Positions 27,731-38,401 are shown, counted from the stretch's first letter. The stretch: 64,000 nt of DNA from an uncultured virus (IMG/VR IMGVR_UViG_3300049740_001611) (IMGVR_UViG_3300049740_001611), one strand, 5' to 3'. Notes: generated by a model not told the origin, from the sequence alone. Numbers and translations are program-made.

Positions 27731-28160
27731 GAAGATTTATAGTTTGGAATACAGTTTCTAATTTAGATAAGTTGACTTTACTTTGAAGTGTATTGCGCAA
27801 ACCGTGATGTAACGGTTTTGGCCATTTGGTAAAACTACACCAAGCATATCCGTTATGCTCGTCATTTAATATAGGAATAAATTCAGATTGTACTACACAC
27901 AGGTATGTGTGAAAGTGAAACTTACTATCTGCACTAATGAAACTTTCTAGAGGAAGAGTTTTTTTAATGTCTGGGAAACTACCTATTTCTTCGGAAATTT
28001 CTCTTTTAAGGCCTTCCCAAGGAGTTTCTAAACCTTCGTTAGTACCGCCAACTAATCCCCACATATTATTGCGTTTACCTTTGGCTCTGTGCAAAAAAAG
28101 AAATCTATTAGTATCTAGTGTGTAGAATAGTGCTCCACTACATGTAATCATATCGGTCAT
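27720..28160 (-). CDS. Nudix hydrolase
   Basis: Nudix box GGTNEGLETPWEGLKREISEEIG. Start taken at ATG 28160 (MTDMITCSG), which avoids overlap with the gp15-like gene. Confidence 0.85.
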   Translation of the reverse strand: MTDMITCSGALFYTLDTNRFLFLHRAKGKRNNMWGLVGGTNEGLETPWEGLKREISEEIGSFPDIKKTLPLESFISADSKFHFHTYLCVVQSEFIPILNDEHNGYAWCSFTKWPKPLHHGLRNTLQSKVNLSKLETVFQTINLLDK

Positions 28161-28168
28161 ACATATAG

Positions 28169-29587
28169 TTAGCCAGCCAAGTCTATTCTCCATGTCCCAA
28201 CTGGATAATCCCCGTCTACAGATTTTAGCCACTCACCGTCTTTAAATTTGTATTGAGTGTTAGTATTAAGGTTAGTGGTATATACTGTGTCTGTAGCAGA
28301 ACTTGCATTAAACACAATTATCCATTTAGTGCCGTCCCACTCAACAATATCATTTGCACTTGCTACTATTCCACTGCCGTCGTTGTTTTGCCAAGCAACT
28401 GGAAATTCTGTAGCAGTACTACTAGGATCACCTATGTCGTCTAATAATAATAAGCGTAATCCAGAAGTCTTAATACTTGTTGGATTAAAACTTAAAGGAT
28501 TAATAATATAATCAATACTAGTTCTGTCACTTATGATAGTGTCAGTTGGAAAACTGTCCGCATCCCAATTAACATTAATTATAGTTTCATCAAACGGATT
28601 AAGGGTAAACGTTCCAGTTGCCGTACTATCATTATCAATGCTTCTAAAGAATACTCTAGCTACATCAGCAGCATATGTTCCTGGAAGTGCTATAAATATC
28701 TCTCTCCAATTTTTCATACCAACAGCACCGTTTGATATTAATCTTACTGTGTCACCGTCTACATATGCTCCGAATGTATTAAAATTAACATTGGCAGTTT
28801 CGCCTGCAATGTCTGTACTTGCTTTACGTCCGCCACCAGTTTCAACAGTACCGGGTTGGGCGTAATCGTCGTATTGATTTAATTGCGGAGAACTTATACC
28901 AGAATCGATATCGCCTCTAGACTCATCAAACATTGAAGTAATAATATTTGTAATAACACCCATCTTTTTAACTTTAGTGGGAGGACTAATATATATAGGA
29001 ATGCTAAATGTAAGAGTTGCAATATCAATTTCACTATCAACACCTACAGGAATACTTCGATTAGACCATGTTACATTTTCTAAATTTACAACAGTTATAC
29101 TAGTCCAGTCGATAAAGTTATCAGTAGTTTGCATTTCTAAACTAGGATTAAATAATACTAGTATTTGCTCTAGTAGTTGTAGTTTTTGATCAGTATTACT
29201 TGCCCAAATGTCTGCATTTAATCGCATCATATAAGGAGTTGGAATTAATCTTTCAACTGTATAGTTTTTGCCTTGATAGTTTAAATATTCATTATTTTCT
29301 TCGTCATATGCACGTTCTCTTATATTTGTTTTGCGTGTATAAGTAGCATCAGCTAAACGATCTTTATCAAGCTCTAATCCAGTTAGGTATACAGCTATTC
29401 TAGGAACAGTTGGAAGTTTGTTTTCACTATTTTCTCTAATAATACTTGCTACTTGCCTAGTTAAGTCTCCGTAAGTAACCGGTACGTCTTTAATTGTACC
29501 CTTACCATCTTTCACTGGAAAGTTACTAAGTATGCGCATCATCTGTGTAGTATATCTTCTTATTTGTCCGTCATAAAAATGTAGCAT
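28169..29587 (-). CDS. Tail completion/terminator protein, T4 gp15-like, with C-terminal extension
   Basis: N-terminus HFYDGQIRRY resembles the gp15 start; PRIAV, PTPY, QLLEQILVLFNP; adjacent to the neck genes. Confidence 0.75.
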   Translation of the reverse strand: MLHFYDGQIRRYTTQMMRILSNFPVKDGKGTIKDVPVTYGDLTRQVASIIRENSENKLPTVPRIAVYLTGLELDKDRLADATYTRKTNIRERAYDEENNEYLNYQGKNYTVERLIPTPYMMRLNADIWASNTDQKLQLLEQILVLFNPSLEMQTTDNFIDWTSITVVNLENVTWSNRSIPVGVDSEIDIATLTFSIPIYISPPTKVKKMGVITNIITSMFDESRGDIDSGISSPQLNQYDDYAQPGTVETGGGRKASTDIAGETANVNFNTFGAYVDGDTVRLISNGAVGMKNWREIFIALPGTYAADVARVFFRSIDNDSTATGTFTLNPFDETIINVNWDADSFPTDTIISDRTSIDYIINPLSFNPTSIKTSGLRLLLLDDIGDPSSTATEFPVAWQNNDGSGIVASANDIVEWDGTKWIIVFNASSATDTVYTTNLNTNTQYKFKDGEWLKSVDGDYPVGTWRIDLAG

Positions 29588-30759
29588 TAATTATCTGCCT
29601 CTGGCTTACGTGGACGCAATGCTTTTGACAAACTCTGTCTTTCAGGCACTGCTTCGCCGTCAATTGTATTTGATGCAGTATTATTAATAAACGATGATTT
29701 ATAAGTTCTGCGTTCTAGTGTGTTACTTAGGTCCATTCTTAATCCGTCTTCTACTTTTATCCAACGCAAACCGTCATACCTAAACATTCTATTAGGAAAA
29801 AAGTCAGTGCGTAAATAATAATCACCGTTTTGATTAGTTCTAGGAAACTGTATACCAAAGCCAAATGGAGCACCATTTGGAGCAGTTCCGTCACCGTAAT
29901 TAACAAGATATCCTGAATAGCCTTCACGCTCCGGCCTGTCAGCTATTTCGTCGGAAGTAACATTGATATTACTAGCATCTAAATCAGTTTCGTCTGCTGT
30001 TTGTAATGCAATATTGCCGTTATCGTCGGTTGCTATAGAATAATAATGACTAGTGTCAAAACCACTTTTAGGAGCGTCTGCTTCTGCTTGTGCAACTACT
30101 GCACTATTAATTTGCATTTCTTTTTCATAGGTAGATAATACATCTCTTAGTGTTGTATCAGAATCTTCTGATACAGGAAGATCAAGTATTTCTGCATATT
30201 CTTGTCCATCATAAATTTGTTTTAATTTTAGTCTATATAAATGTGGATACCATGTTTGACTAAATCCTTCTGCGGCTCTGTTTACATCCTCTACAACATA
30301 AAACCGTTTAAGTGAAACATCGTAGTCATTTAATGCATATTCGTCTTTTAAATGCGGCAATTCAATTACATCGCCACTCATAATTTTTCTGCCTAATGTC
30401 TTTACACTACTGTTAATCGGTATAGTCATAAACAGCGTATCATTACTTAAAAATAATCCAAATTGTGATAGATCAAAATCAATATCTTGTACATTATAAA
30501 TTCCGCGCATTTCATAAACATCTGGATCGTATTTACGATCTCTGTTTTCTAAAAATAACAAGTCTTGGATGTTTGTTTCTTTTACTACATCGTACTCTGG
30601 CTGTACAGCACTCCGGTCATCTTCTGCCGGTGCGTCGGGTCCTAAATATTTGTGTATATTAATATCAGTGCCGCCAATGGTAAACATTTCTTGGATTTGC
30701 TTATCCAAAAAGTAATAATCATTGCCGCGTTCGGGTTTATATAGAGATAGTCTTGGCAT
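29587..30759 (-). CDS. Neck protein, T4 gp14-like
   Basis: DLLFLENRDRKY, LSQFGLFLSNDTLFMT, GDVIELP; lies between the gp13-like and gp15-like genes. Start taken at ATG 30759 (MPRLSLYKP). Confidence 0.65.
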   Translation of the reverse strand: MPRLSLYKPERGNDYYFLDKQIQEMFTIGGTDINIHKYLGPDAPAEDDRSAVQPEYDVVKETNIQDLLFLENRDRKYDPDVYEMRGIYNVQDIDFDLSQFGLFLSNDTLFMTIPINSSVKTLGRKIMSGDVIELPHLKDEYALNDYDVSLKRFYVVEDVNRAAEGFSQTWYPHLYRLKLKQIYDGQEYAEILDLPVSEDSDTTLRDVLSTYEKEMQINSAVVAQAEADAPKSGFDTSHYYSIATDDNGNIALQTADETDLDASNINVTSDEIADRPEREGYSGYLVNYGDGTAPNGAPFGFGIQFPRTNQNGDYYLRTDFFPNRMFRYDGLRWIKVEDGLRMDLSNTLERRTYKSSFINNTASNTIDGEAVPERQSLSKALRPRKPEADN

Positions 30760-30764
30760 ATGTA

Positions 30765-30779
30765 TATTTAGCATAAATA
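30765..30779. promoter_or_regulatory. Back-to-back late-type promoters (CTAAATA on -, ATAAATA on +)
   Basis: TATTTAG-C-ATAAATA sits in the 36-bp gap between the divergent gp14-like and gp13-like genes. Confidence 0.7.
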
Positions 30780-30795
30780 CTAGTGGAGACAAACT

Positions 30796-31554
30796 ATGGC
30801 AGACTTAGCAACACAAAAACAAGAAATATTTGATTACGTTAATACGTTCCTAGGTGGTGGGATGGTTGATGTTGAACTTGATCCTATACATTATCAAACT
30901 GCACTTAATAAAGCACTAAGTCGTTTTAGGCAGCGTAGTGATAATAGTGTTGAAGAATCTTATATATTTTTAACTACAGTTATAGATCAAAATGAATATA
31001 CATTACCTAATGAAGTTATAGAAGTACGTAAACTATTTCGTAGAAGTATTGGATCACGTTCGGGAGGCGGTGACGGCGGAAGTATGTTTGAGCCGTTTAA
31101 TCTAGCGTACACAAACACTTATTTGTTATCAGGTTCTAAGATGGGCGGACTAGCAACATATGATTTGTTTTCACAACACCAAGAACTAGTAGGCAGAATG
31201 TTTGGGTCATTTATTGAATTTAAATGGAATACTACAAGTAAAAAACTTACACTACTACAGCGTCCTAGAGCAGAAGAAGAACTATTACTTTATTGCTATA
31301 ATTATCGTCCAGATAGTCAGCTACTAGAAGATTATTTAGCAAGCCAATGGATTAAAGACTATACTCTTGCAAGTTGTAAGTATATGCTAGGCGAAGCACG
31401 TTCAAAGTTTGCTACTATCGCAGGCCCTCAAGGCGGCTCAACACTAAACGGCGATGCGCTCAAAGCAGAGGCTCAACAAGAAATGGATAAACTTGATGCT
31501 GAACTAACTTTACAAGTATCCGGCGGCGTTGGCTACGGCTTTACTATTGGCTAA
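30796..31554 (+). CDS. Neck protein, T4 gp13-like
   Basis: LGGGMVDVELD, WIKDYTLA, LGEARSKF, GPQGGSTLNG; SD GGAG. Confidence 0.8.
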   Translation: MADLATQKQEIFDYVNTFLGGGMVDVELDPIHYQTALNKALSRFRQRSDNSVEESYIFLTTVIDQNEYTLPNEVIEVRKLFRRSIGSRSGGGDGGSMFEPFNLAYTNTYLLSGSKMGGLATYDLFSQHQELVGRMFGSFIEFKWNTTSKKLTLLQRPRAEEELLLYCYNYRPDSQLLEDYLASQWIKDYTLASCKYMLGEARSKFATIAGPQGGSTLNGDALKAEAQQEMDKLDAELTLQVSGGVGYGFTIG

Positions 31555-31560
31555 AAACAC

Positions 31561-31589
31561 TTGACAAACCCTTAAAATTAAGTTATACT
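31561..31589 (+). promoter_or_regulatory. Sigma70-type promoter
   Basis: TTGACA (31561-31566), 17-bp spacer, TATACT (31584-31589); SD AAGGAG downstream. Confidence 0.8.
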
Positions 31590-31615
31590 ACATAGTATAC
31601 TTTAAGGAGAATTGT

Positions 31616-32176
31616 ATGTTACCTAAATTACTTGTTGTTGGCCACGGTCGTCATGGCAAAGATACTGTTTGTGAACTGCTTGAACAATACGGATATACAT
31701 TTCAGTCTAGTTCAAAATTTTGTTCACAATTGTTTATCTTTGATGATCTAAAAGACAAGTACGGATACGCTGATGAGGAAGAGTGCTATACTGATAGGCA
31801 CAATCGTCGCACCGAATGGTATAATATGATACATAACTATTGTAGTGATGACTTAGCAAGATTGGGACGTAACTTATTCTCCGAACATGATATCTACTGT
31901 GGTCTACGTAACAAGCGTGAATTCTTTGCAATGCAAAATGAAGAAATATTTGACTACGCTATTTGGGTAGATAGATCAGATCATTTACCTCCTGAATCAA
32001 AAGACTCAATGAGCATTGAGCAATGGATGTGTAATTATACTATTGATAACAACGGCGACTTACAGCGACTAAAAAAGAATGTACATGTTCTAATGCAAAC
32101 AGTATTTAAAAATCAGGGGTTAAATCTCCCTGCCGCCAGCGAATACCTTCTTTCTGAAGTGTTCGTTGACAGTTAG
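31616..32176 (+). CDS. Deoxynucleoside monophosphate kinase-like P-loop protein
   Basis: N-terminal VVGHGRHGKDT P-loop; GLRNKRE; YTIDNNGDL. Confidence 0.65.
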   Translation: MLPKLLVVGHGRHGKDTVCELLEQYGYTFQSSSKFCSQLFIFDDLKDKYGYADEEECYTDRHNRRTEWYNMIHNYCSDDLARLGRNLFSEHDIYCGLRNKREFFAMQNEEIFDYAIWVDRSDHLPPESKDSMSIEQWMCNYTIDNNGDLQRLKKNVHVLMQTVFKNQGLNLPAASEYLLSEVFVDS

Positions 32177-32441
32177 CACAAATAGTTTTTAAATTATTAG
32201 GACGACAATTATTTAAATCGCCGTCTACATGAAACACATTAAACTGTTCAGAATGTTTTGATTTAAAACCACACTTTTCACATATATCTTTTTTCACATA
32301 TCCTTTTTGTTGCCACATAGGTATACCGTGGCCAACACCATTACGCAAGCACGATTCGCACTTTTTACGGTAGTACGTTCTGCCGTCTTTTTTATAATTA
32401 ATAGCAGCAGGCCGTTGTCCACAAACACATAAAGGTCTCAT
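32106..32441 (-). CDS. Small Zn-binding HNH-like protein
   Basis: CxC, CESC and CEKC motifs; HVDGDLNNCRPNNLKTICANC. Confidence 0.7.
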   Translation of the reverse strand: MRPLCVCGQRPAAINYKKDGRTYYRKKCESCLRNGVGHGIPMWQQKGYVKKDICEKCGFKSKHSEQFNVFHVDGDLNNCRPNNLKTICANCQRTLQKEGIRWRQGDLTPDF

Positions 32442-32556
32442 ATTGTATTTAGCTCACCTTTTCTACCCCTTTTTTAGGTGTCTATTATAGGTGATTTATT
32501 AATTAAATGGTAAATATACATATAGAACAACTAATAATTCCAACAGGAGAAATAAC

Positions 32557-35500
32557 ATGGCATTAGTATCACCAGGCGTAGAAGTCAACGTAATTGACGA
32601 ATCGTTCTACACCCCAGCAGCTGGCGGAACTGTACCTATGATTTTTGTAGCAACTGCTAGTAACAAACTTTCAAGCAGCGGCGCAGGAACAGCGGTAGGT
32701 ACAACTAAAGCAAACGCTGGTCAACCTTACTTACTCACCAGTCAGCGAGAGCTTGGTGAAACATTTGGCGACCCATTATTTTATAGTGACACATCAGGTA
32801 ATATGGTCCACGGCGGAGAGCTTAACGAATATGGCTTGCAAGCTGCTTATTCTGCATTAGGCGTTTCAAATCGTGCTTATGTAGTAAGAGCAGACATTGA
32901 CTTAGCTGAACTAGAAGCAAGTGCATCAGCACCGGGTGGAGCACCTGCAAATGGCGCATGGTGGTTAGACACTCTTGCAAGTGAGTTTGGTATTTTAGAA
33001 TGGAACGGCGATGCAATAACAACTGTAGGCGGACAAGCATTTACTGGTGCATCACACATTGCTATTACATCAAGTGATGACTTAGATGATAGTGATATGC
33101 CTAAAGAGTCAATTGGTGCTATCGGCAACTATGCTATTGATCATTCAAGCAATGATAATAGAGTATTTTATAAGTCACCAGGTTACGGTGCATCACAAGC
33201 AACAAGAACAGCAAATGCAGGCAAATGGGTTCTACTTGGAAGTAACGAATGGGCAGATAGTTATCCAGCAGCAACAGGTTCAAATGCTCCAGCAACAGTT
33301 GATGCTACACATACAATTGTACTAAATGGTGTTTCAGTCGTTGCTGGCGGCACAACATTTACTGATGTAGTTGCAGCAATTAATGCAGCAGCAGTAACAG
33401 GCGTAAATGCTGCACTAGTTGATAGTAGAATTAAAATTTATGTAGATGCTACAGCAATTGATGATGAAGGCGGTTCGGGCACTACAGCTACAGGAACAGT
33501 TAGTATTGCAGAAGGCAGCGGAACACTAGTAGCAAACTTAGGTTTAACAGCTGGAACATACTCTGCACCAAGAGTGCAAATTGCTCCACATACAAGTGTA
33601 CCTGAATTTAAGTCTTCAGACACATCACCTGCACCAACAGGCAGTGTTTGGATTAAAACTACACAACCAAATGGCGGCGCAAATATTAACATTAAAAAAT
33701 ATTCAGCAGCAGCTAGTGTTTGGAATAAAGTTTCAGCACCAATTTTTAATACACCTCAGCAAGCAATTTACAGTTTAGATCCAACTGGCGGCGGCTTAAA
33801 TATTAATGTCGATGCATTATATGCAGACGTTAATGTTAGAGGAACAACAACGCCACTTGCTGACTTTAAAGTATTCCGTAGAAGTACAATTGGAGCAACA
33901 ATAATTACCAGTGCTAGAGTTTCGTCAACAGGTGTTACAGCAGCTACATATACATTTACTGTAGCAGAAACAACAGCGGCAACAGCCAGTAAAGCAAGCC
34001 CAGTTACAGTAAGCGTTACAACTGCTGCTGACATTGCTGATGCAGATACATTAGCTGGTCAAATTAACGCAGCAGGATTAACGAATGTTATTGCTGTAGT
34101 TGATGCACAAAATCGAGTACAGATTTCACACAAACTAGGCGGTGAAATTGACTTAGTTGATACTGACGGTGGTTTAGCACTATTTGGCTTTAGTGCAAGT
34201 GCTGGCGGAACAACTAACTTGTATTTTGCTCCAGGCACAACAGCAGCTACATCACCAAAGCAGTTTGTAGCGTCAAATTGGGAACCACTTGTATATTCAG
34301 CTTCAAATAACGCACCATTGAGCTTAACAGCACAGGGCGCACTATGGTATAATTCAATTGTCGACGAAGTTGACATGATGGTACACAATGGTGAGACTTG
34401 GGTAGGTTTAGCATATGACGGAGCGGCCGGCGAAAGCTCAATTGCAAGCCCTTACAGTGGTACAGATATAGAAGGACCGATTGTTTCAGCAACTGAGCCA
34501 ACTACACAAGCTAATTTGTCAGCACTAGTAACAGGTGATATTTGGGTTAGCACATCAAGCGTAGAAGACTATCCGGTAATTTACAAATATAATGCAACTA
34601 TTGCTGCAACAGGAGCAAATGGTTGGATTTTAGTTAACAATACAGACCAAACTACTGAAGAAGGTATTTTGTTCGCTGATGCACGTTATGGCGACAGCGG
34701 TGGCACAACACTAGCAGCTCCAGATGCTACTATTTCAGAAATGCTTACTAGTGATTACTTAGATCCAGATGCTCCAGACCCAGCATTATATCCAAAAGGT
34801 ATGTTGTTATGGAACACACGTAGAAGTGGCTTCAATGTTAAGCGTTTTGAGCGTAACTATATAGATACTAACGGAACTAACGGACGTTACGGAGACCTAA
34901 GTACAACTAGTTACTATCCACATCGTTGGGTAACAGACTCAGGCAATAATGAAGACGGTTCAGGAACATTTGGTCGTCATGCACAACGCAAGAGTGTTGT
35001 ACAAGCGTTACAAGCACTAGTAAACAGTAACCAAGAAATACGTGACGAAGAATCACGTCAGTTTAACTTAATGGCAGCGCCAGGTTATCCTGAACTAATT
35101 GGTGAAATGGTTACACTAAACACAGATAGACGTTTAACATCGTTTGTAGTTGGTGACACACCATTCCGTTTAACACCAGATGCAACTTCATTAAATGAAT
35201 GGGCATCAAACGTTAAACTTGCTGTTGAAGATAACGACAATGGTGCAGTGAGCTTTGACGAGTATATGGCTATGTATTACGGTGCAGGCTTTACAAGTGA
35301 CAACTTTGGTAACAACATTGTTGTTCCTCCAAGTCATATGGCACTACGTACTATTATACTTAACGACCAAGTTGCGTTCCCCTGGTTTGCTCCAGCAGGT
35401 ACAAGACGAGGCGGCGTAAGCAACGCAACAAGCTCAGGTTATATTAATAACGAAGGAGAGTTTGTTTCAGTAGCACTAAACACAGGACAGCGTGATACAC

Positions 35501-35916
35501 TATATTCAAATAAAATTAATCCAATTACATTCTTAAGTGGTGCAGGATTAGTAGTATTTGGACAAAAGACTCGTGCAAGAAACGCAAGTGCATTGGATAG
35601 AGTTAACGTAGCACGTTTAACTGTTTACTTACGTGGACAGCTTGAATTATTGGCAAAACCATACTTGTTTGAACCAAATGACAAGATTACACGTGATCAA
35701 ATTAAAGCATCAGCAGATGCATTGTTATTAGAATTAGTAGCACTACGTGCATTATATGATTTCTTAGTTGTATGTGACGAATCTAATAATACAGCAGCTA
35801 GAATTGATCGTAATGAGCTTTACTTAGACGTAGCTATTGAACCAGTTAAGGCGATTGAATTTATTTACATTCCGCTAAGACTTAAGAATACTGGGGAGAT
35901 TGCTGCACTAGGTTAA
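32557..35916 (+). CDS. Contractile tail sheath protein, gp18-like (1119 aa)
   Basis: MALVSPGVEVNVIDES; FPWFAPAGTRRG, INPI, FGQKT, SALDRVNVARL, LFEPND, VVCDESNNT, IEPVKAIEFIYI. Confidence 0.95.
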   Translation: MALVSPGVEVNVIDESFYTPAAGGTVPMIFVATASNKLSSSGAGTAVGTTKANAGQPYLLTSQRELGETFGDPLFYSDTSGNMVHGGELNEYGLQAAYSALGVSNRAYVVRADIDLAELEASASAPGGAPANGAWWLDTLASEFGILEWNGDAITTVGGQAFTGASHIAITSSDDLDDSDMPKESIGAIGNYAIDHSSNDNRVFYKSPGYGASQATRTANAGKWVLLGSNEWADSYPAATGSNAPATVDATHTIVLNGVSVVAGGTTFTDVVAAINAAAVTGVNAALVDSRIKIYVDATAIDDEGGSGTTATGTVSIAEGSGTLVANLGLTAGTYSAPRVQIAPHTSVPEFKSSDTSPAPTGSVWIKTTQPNGGANINIKKYSAAASVWNKVSAPIFNTPQQAIYSLDPTGGGLNINVDALYADVNVRGTTTPLADFKVFRRSTIGATIITSARVSSTGVTAATYTFTVAETTAATASKASPVTVSVTTAADIADADTLAGQINAAGLTNVIAVVDAQNRVQISHKLGGEIDLVDTDGGLALFGFSASAGGTTNLYFAPGTTAATSPKQFVASNWEPLVYSASNNAPLSLTAQGALWYNSIVDEVDMMVHNGETWVGLAYDGAAGESSIASPYSGTDIEGPIVSATEPTTQANLSALVTGDIWVSTSSVEDYPVIYKYNATIAATGANGWILVNNTDQTTEEGILFADARYGDSGGTTLAAPDATISEMLTSDYLDPDAPDPALYPKGMLLWNTRRSGFNVKRFERNYIDTNGTNGRYGDLSTTSYYPHRWVTDSGNNEDGSGTFGRHAQRKSVVQALQALVNSNQEIRDEESRQFNLMAAPGYPELIGEMVTLNTDRRLTSFVVGDTPFRLTPDATSLNEWASNVKLAVEDNDNGAVSFDEYMAMYYGAGFTSDNFGNNIVVPPSHMALRTIILNDQVAFPWFAPAGTRRGGVSNATSSGYINNEGEFVSVALNTGQRDTLYSNKINPITFLSGAGLVVFGQKTRARNASALDRVNVARLTVYLRGQLELLAKPYLFEPNDKITRDQIKASADALLLELVALRALYDFLVVCDESNNTAARIDRNELYLDVAIEPVKAIEFIYIPLRLKNTGEIAALG

Positions 35917-35929
35917 TATGCGCACTTAA

Positions 35930-35953
35930 TGGGTGGATGAAATACTCCACCCA
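35930..35953. terminator. Hairpin between the sheath and tube genes
   Basis: TGGGTGGA-tgaaatac-TCCACCCA; no U-tract on +, so it may be a processing or stability element. ATAAATA follows at 35961-35967. Confidence 0.45.
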
Positions 35954-35992
35954 AAATAGCATAAATACATGTGTAACAGGAGATTATAAAAA

Positions 35993-36634
35993 ATGCCAAT
36001 CACAACACTACAAAACATTAGTATACCTACAGAAGGTTCTGGATCTAATTCATCTTTATTGATGCCTAAGTTACAGTATCGTTTTAGAGTATTACTTGAT
36101 AGTTTCGGTACTACAGGCGGTGCTGACGGAACAAGAGAAATTTCAAGACAAGTAGTAGACGTAACCCGTCCTAACTTATCTTTTGAACAAATGACAATCG
36201 ATGCTTATAACTCAAGAACATATCTTGCAGGTAAGCATACATGGGAACCAATTACACTTACATTGCGTGAAGATGCTAATAATAATGTACAAAAAATTAT
36301 TGGTCAGCAACTACAAAGACAGTTTGATTTCTTTGAACAACAAAGTGCTATATCAAGTGGAACATATAAATTCCAAACTAGAATTGAAATCTTAGACGGC
36401 GGCAACGGCGTAGACGGAGCTAACGTAATCGACAGATTCCAACTAGTAGGGTGCTATATTGAATCAGCAAACTACAATACATTGGCATATGCTACAAGTG
36501 ACGCAGTAACTACATCATTAACTATCCGTTATGATAATGCGATACAATTTGGCGGCGATGATATTTCAGGTATTGGCGAGTCTATTGCAAGAGCCACAGC
36601 TGGAAGTATTGGCGGAACAACAGCCCCCGGCTAA
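35993..36634 (+). CDS. Tail tube protein, gp19-like
   Basis: Follows the sheath gene; PKLQYRFRV, YLAGKHTWEPITLTLRED, LTIRYDNA; SD AGGAG. Confidence 0.85.
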   Translation: MPITTLQNISIPTEGSGSNSSLLMPKLQYRFRVLLDSFGTTGGADGTREISRQVVDVTRPNLSFEQMTIDAYNSRTYLAGKHTWEPITLTLREDANNNVQKIIGQQLQRQFDFFEQQSAISSGTYKFQTRIEILDGGNGVDGANVIDRFQLVGCYIESANYNTLAYATSDAVTTSLTIRYDNAIQFGGDDISGIGESIARATAGSIGGTTAPG

Positions 36635-36658
36635 CTAGCTTTAAAGATTGGCGTTACA

Positions 36659-36698
36659 AAAAGCGGAGGTTGATTGCTATCAATCTTCGCTTTTCTTT
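36659..36698 (+). terminator. Rho-independent terminator after the tail tube gene
   Basis: AAAAGCGGAGGTTGAT-tgct-ATCAATCTTCGCTTTT followed by CTTT. Confidence 0.7.
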
Positions 36699-36733
36699 AT
36701 ATGCGCATATAATAGTTAAGGATAAATATTAGT

Positions 36734-38014
36734 ATGAGCATCAAAGATCAATTCATGTTTAATTTAACTGCTGGTACACACCTGCGTGATGCTAGGCATG
36801 CACATCAGATTTATACCCAAAATAATTTTACTTTTGCACCCAAACAAAAGTATATGTACCATGTGGTATTTCAACCAAATCCAGAGGTTGGAAATAATGC
36901 AACTTCTAATTCTTTTCAGTTCCAGAAAGAACTAGGTATACTTGTGAAATCAACAGACTTGCCTAGTTTTAGAGCAAGTGTAGAAAATAAACAACAGTAC
37001 AATAGAAAGAAAAATATTCAAACAAGATTAGATTATCAAGACGTTAGAATGACATTGCATGATGATAATCTAGGTGCAGTCCGATCAATGCTTGAAGAAT
37101 ATTACAAATACTACTTTGCAGATGGTAATAGATCTGCAACTGGTTCTCAAGCAGCATACTTGCCAAGAGACAAATATTTTGGCGATGTACCAAACTACGG
37201 TTTAAACAACAAAAAAAGAACTCCATTTTTTAGTTACATAACAATATACCAATTAGCAAGACGAGAATGGTTTGCATATACTTTAGTAAATCCGTTACTA
37301 TCGGCATGGGACCACGGAGGTGTAGATAGTACCGATGGAGGATTTAACGAAGCATCAATGATTGTTGCTTACGAAGGAGTACTATATACTAAAGGAAAAG
37401 TAAGTCAAAATCCTCCTGTAGGCTTTGGTGACGCAGACGTTGGCTATGATGCAGAACCTAGTCCGTTGGGTATAATAGATCAAGGATTTATTGGTGAAGG
37501 CGGCAACGGACTTATTCCTTCACTTATAGGGCTCGCTACTAATACAATTACAGACAAATTGTTTGGCAACAGTAGTAGTAAACTTGTTCAAGCTGCAGGC
37601 GGCGCCTTAGTTGGCAGTCTTCTTGGAACAGTAGCTAATACAGTAATAGCCGGTCAATCGCGATCTGTTGCAGAGGCTGCAGCAGGTGCTAGTGTAGCAC
37701 CGGGTAGCAATAATATTCCAACGGTTGACGGCCAATCAAATGTAACATCAGCTAATCAACCAATTGCAAGAGATCTACCTATTTTATCATCAGCAGAAGT
37801 AGTAGCAGCACTGTCAAACCCTGCTCAAATGTCACAACTTATTGCCCCAGTACTTAACTCCGGAGTATTGCCTGGCATTACAATGAGTACATACAATAAT
37901 AGTACAGCAGCCCAAGCACTTGCAATTGAAAAAAATGTAATAGACTTAGCTAGGTCCGAAAATATCAAAGTGATACAATTAGTATCAAATGCATTAATTA
38001 CAGTTACAGGATAA
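36734..38014 (+). CDS. Tube-fold baseplate/tube-initiator-like protein with low-complexity C-terminus (426 aa)
   Basis: LVKSTDLPSF, QYNRK, MTLHDDN, YTLVNP, IVAYEGV parallel the tube-protein pattern; position directly after the tube gene. Confidence 0.55.
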   Translation: MSIKDQFMFNLTAGTHLRDARHAHQIYTQNNFTFAPKQKYMYHVVFQPNPEVGNNATSNSFQFQKELGILVKSTDLPSFRASVENKQQYNRKKNIQTRLDYQDVRMTLHDDNLGAVRSMLEEYYKYYFADGNRSATGSQAAYLPRDKYFGDVPNYGLNNKKRTPFFSYITIYQLARREWFAYTLVNPLLSAWDHGGVDSTDGGFNEASMIVAYEGVLYTKGKVSQNPPVGFGDADVGYDAEPSPLGIIDQGFIGEGGNGLIPSLIGLATNTITDKLFGNSSSKLVQAAGGALVGSLLGTVANTVIAGQSRSVAEAAAGASVAPGSNNIPTVDGQSNVTSANQPIARDLPILSSAEVVAALSNPAQMSQLIAPVLNSGVLPGITMSTYNNSTAAQALAIEKNVIDLARSENIKVIQLVSNALITVTG

Positions 38015-38020
38015 CACAAA

Positions 38021-38401
38021 ATGAGTAGAACTAAAAGTACATCCACTTCAGATTCAAGAACAATATCTACAGAGCCAACTACGGAATACTATAAAAACTT
38101 CTTTGAGACTGACATTTCATATAATCCTGAAGAAATAGATGCAACTATTGGTTATTTCTTAAAAAGAGGTTTTGATAAAGTAGCAGCAATAAACACCGCA
38201 AGTGTTATATTACAACAAGCAAAAATAGATAACTTAAATGTTCAGCAATTATTAGATACATTGACAGGAGTAACCGATGTGCAACTAAGTGTTATTGTTG
38301 CACAAATTTTAAATATAAATAGATCTAAAACTAGTGCAATTGGATTTGCAAAAAAAGAAGTAGACTTAGATTTGTTTGATCAAAGAAATGTTGTAATATG
38401 A
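38021..38401 (+). CDS. Hypothetical protein (126 aa) in the tail module
   Basis: Co-oriented ORF that fills the gap between neighbours; no recognisable motif. Confidence 0.55.
   Translation: MSRTKSTSTSDSRTISTEPTTEYYKNFFETDISYNPEEIDATIGYFLKRGFDKVAAINTASVILQQAKIDNLNVQQLLDTLTGVTDVQLSVIVAQILNINRSKTSAIGFAKKEVDLDLFDQRNVVI

Noticed and set aside
32106..32441. Mobile homing endonuclease
   Set aside because: It is only 111 aa, has its own late-type promoter and interrupts no gene; there is no evidence of mobility.
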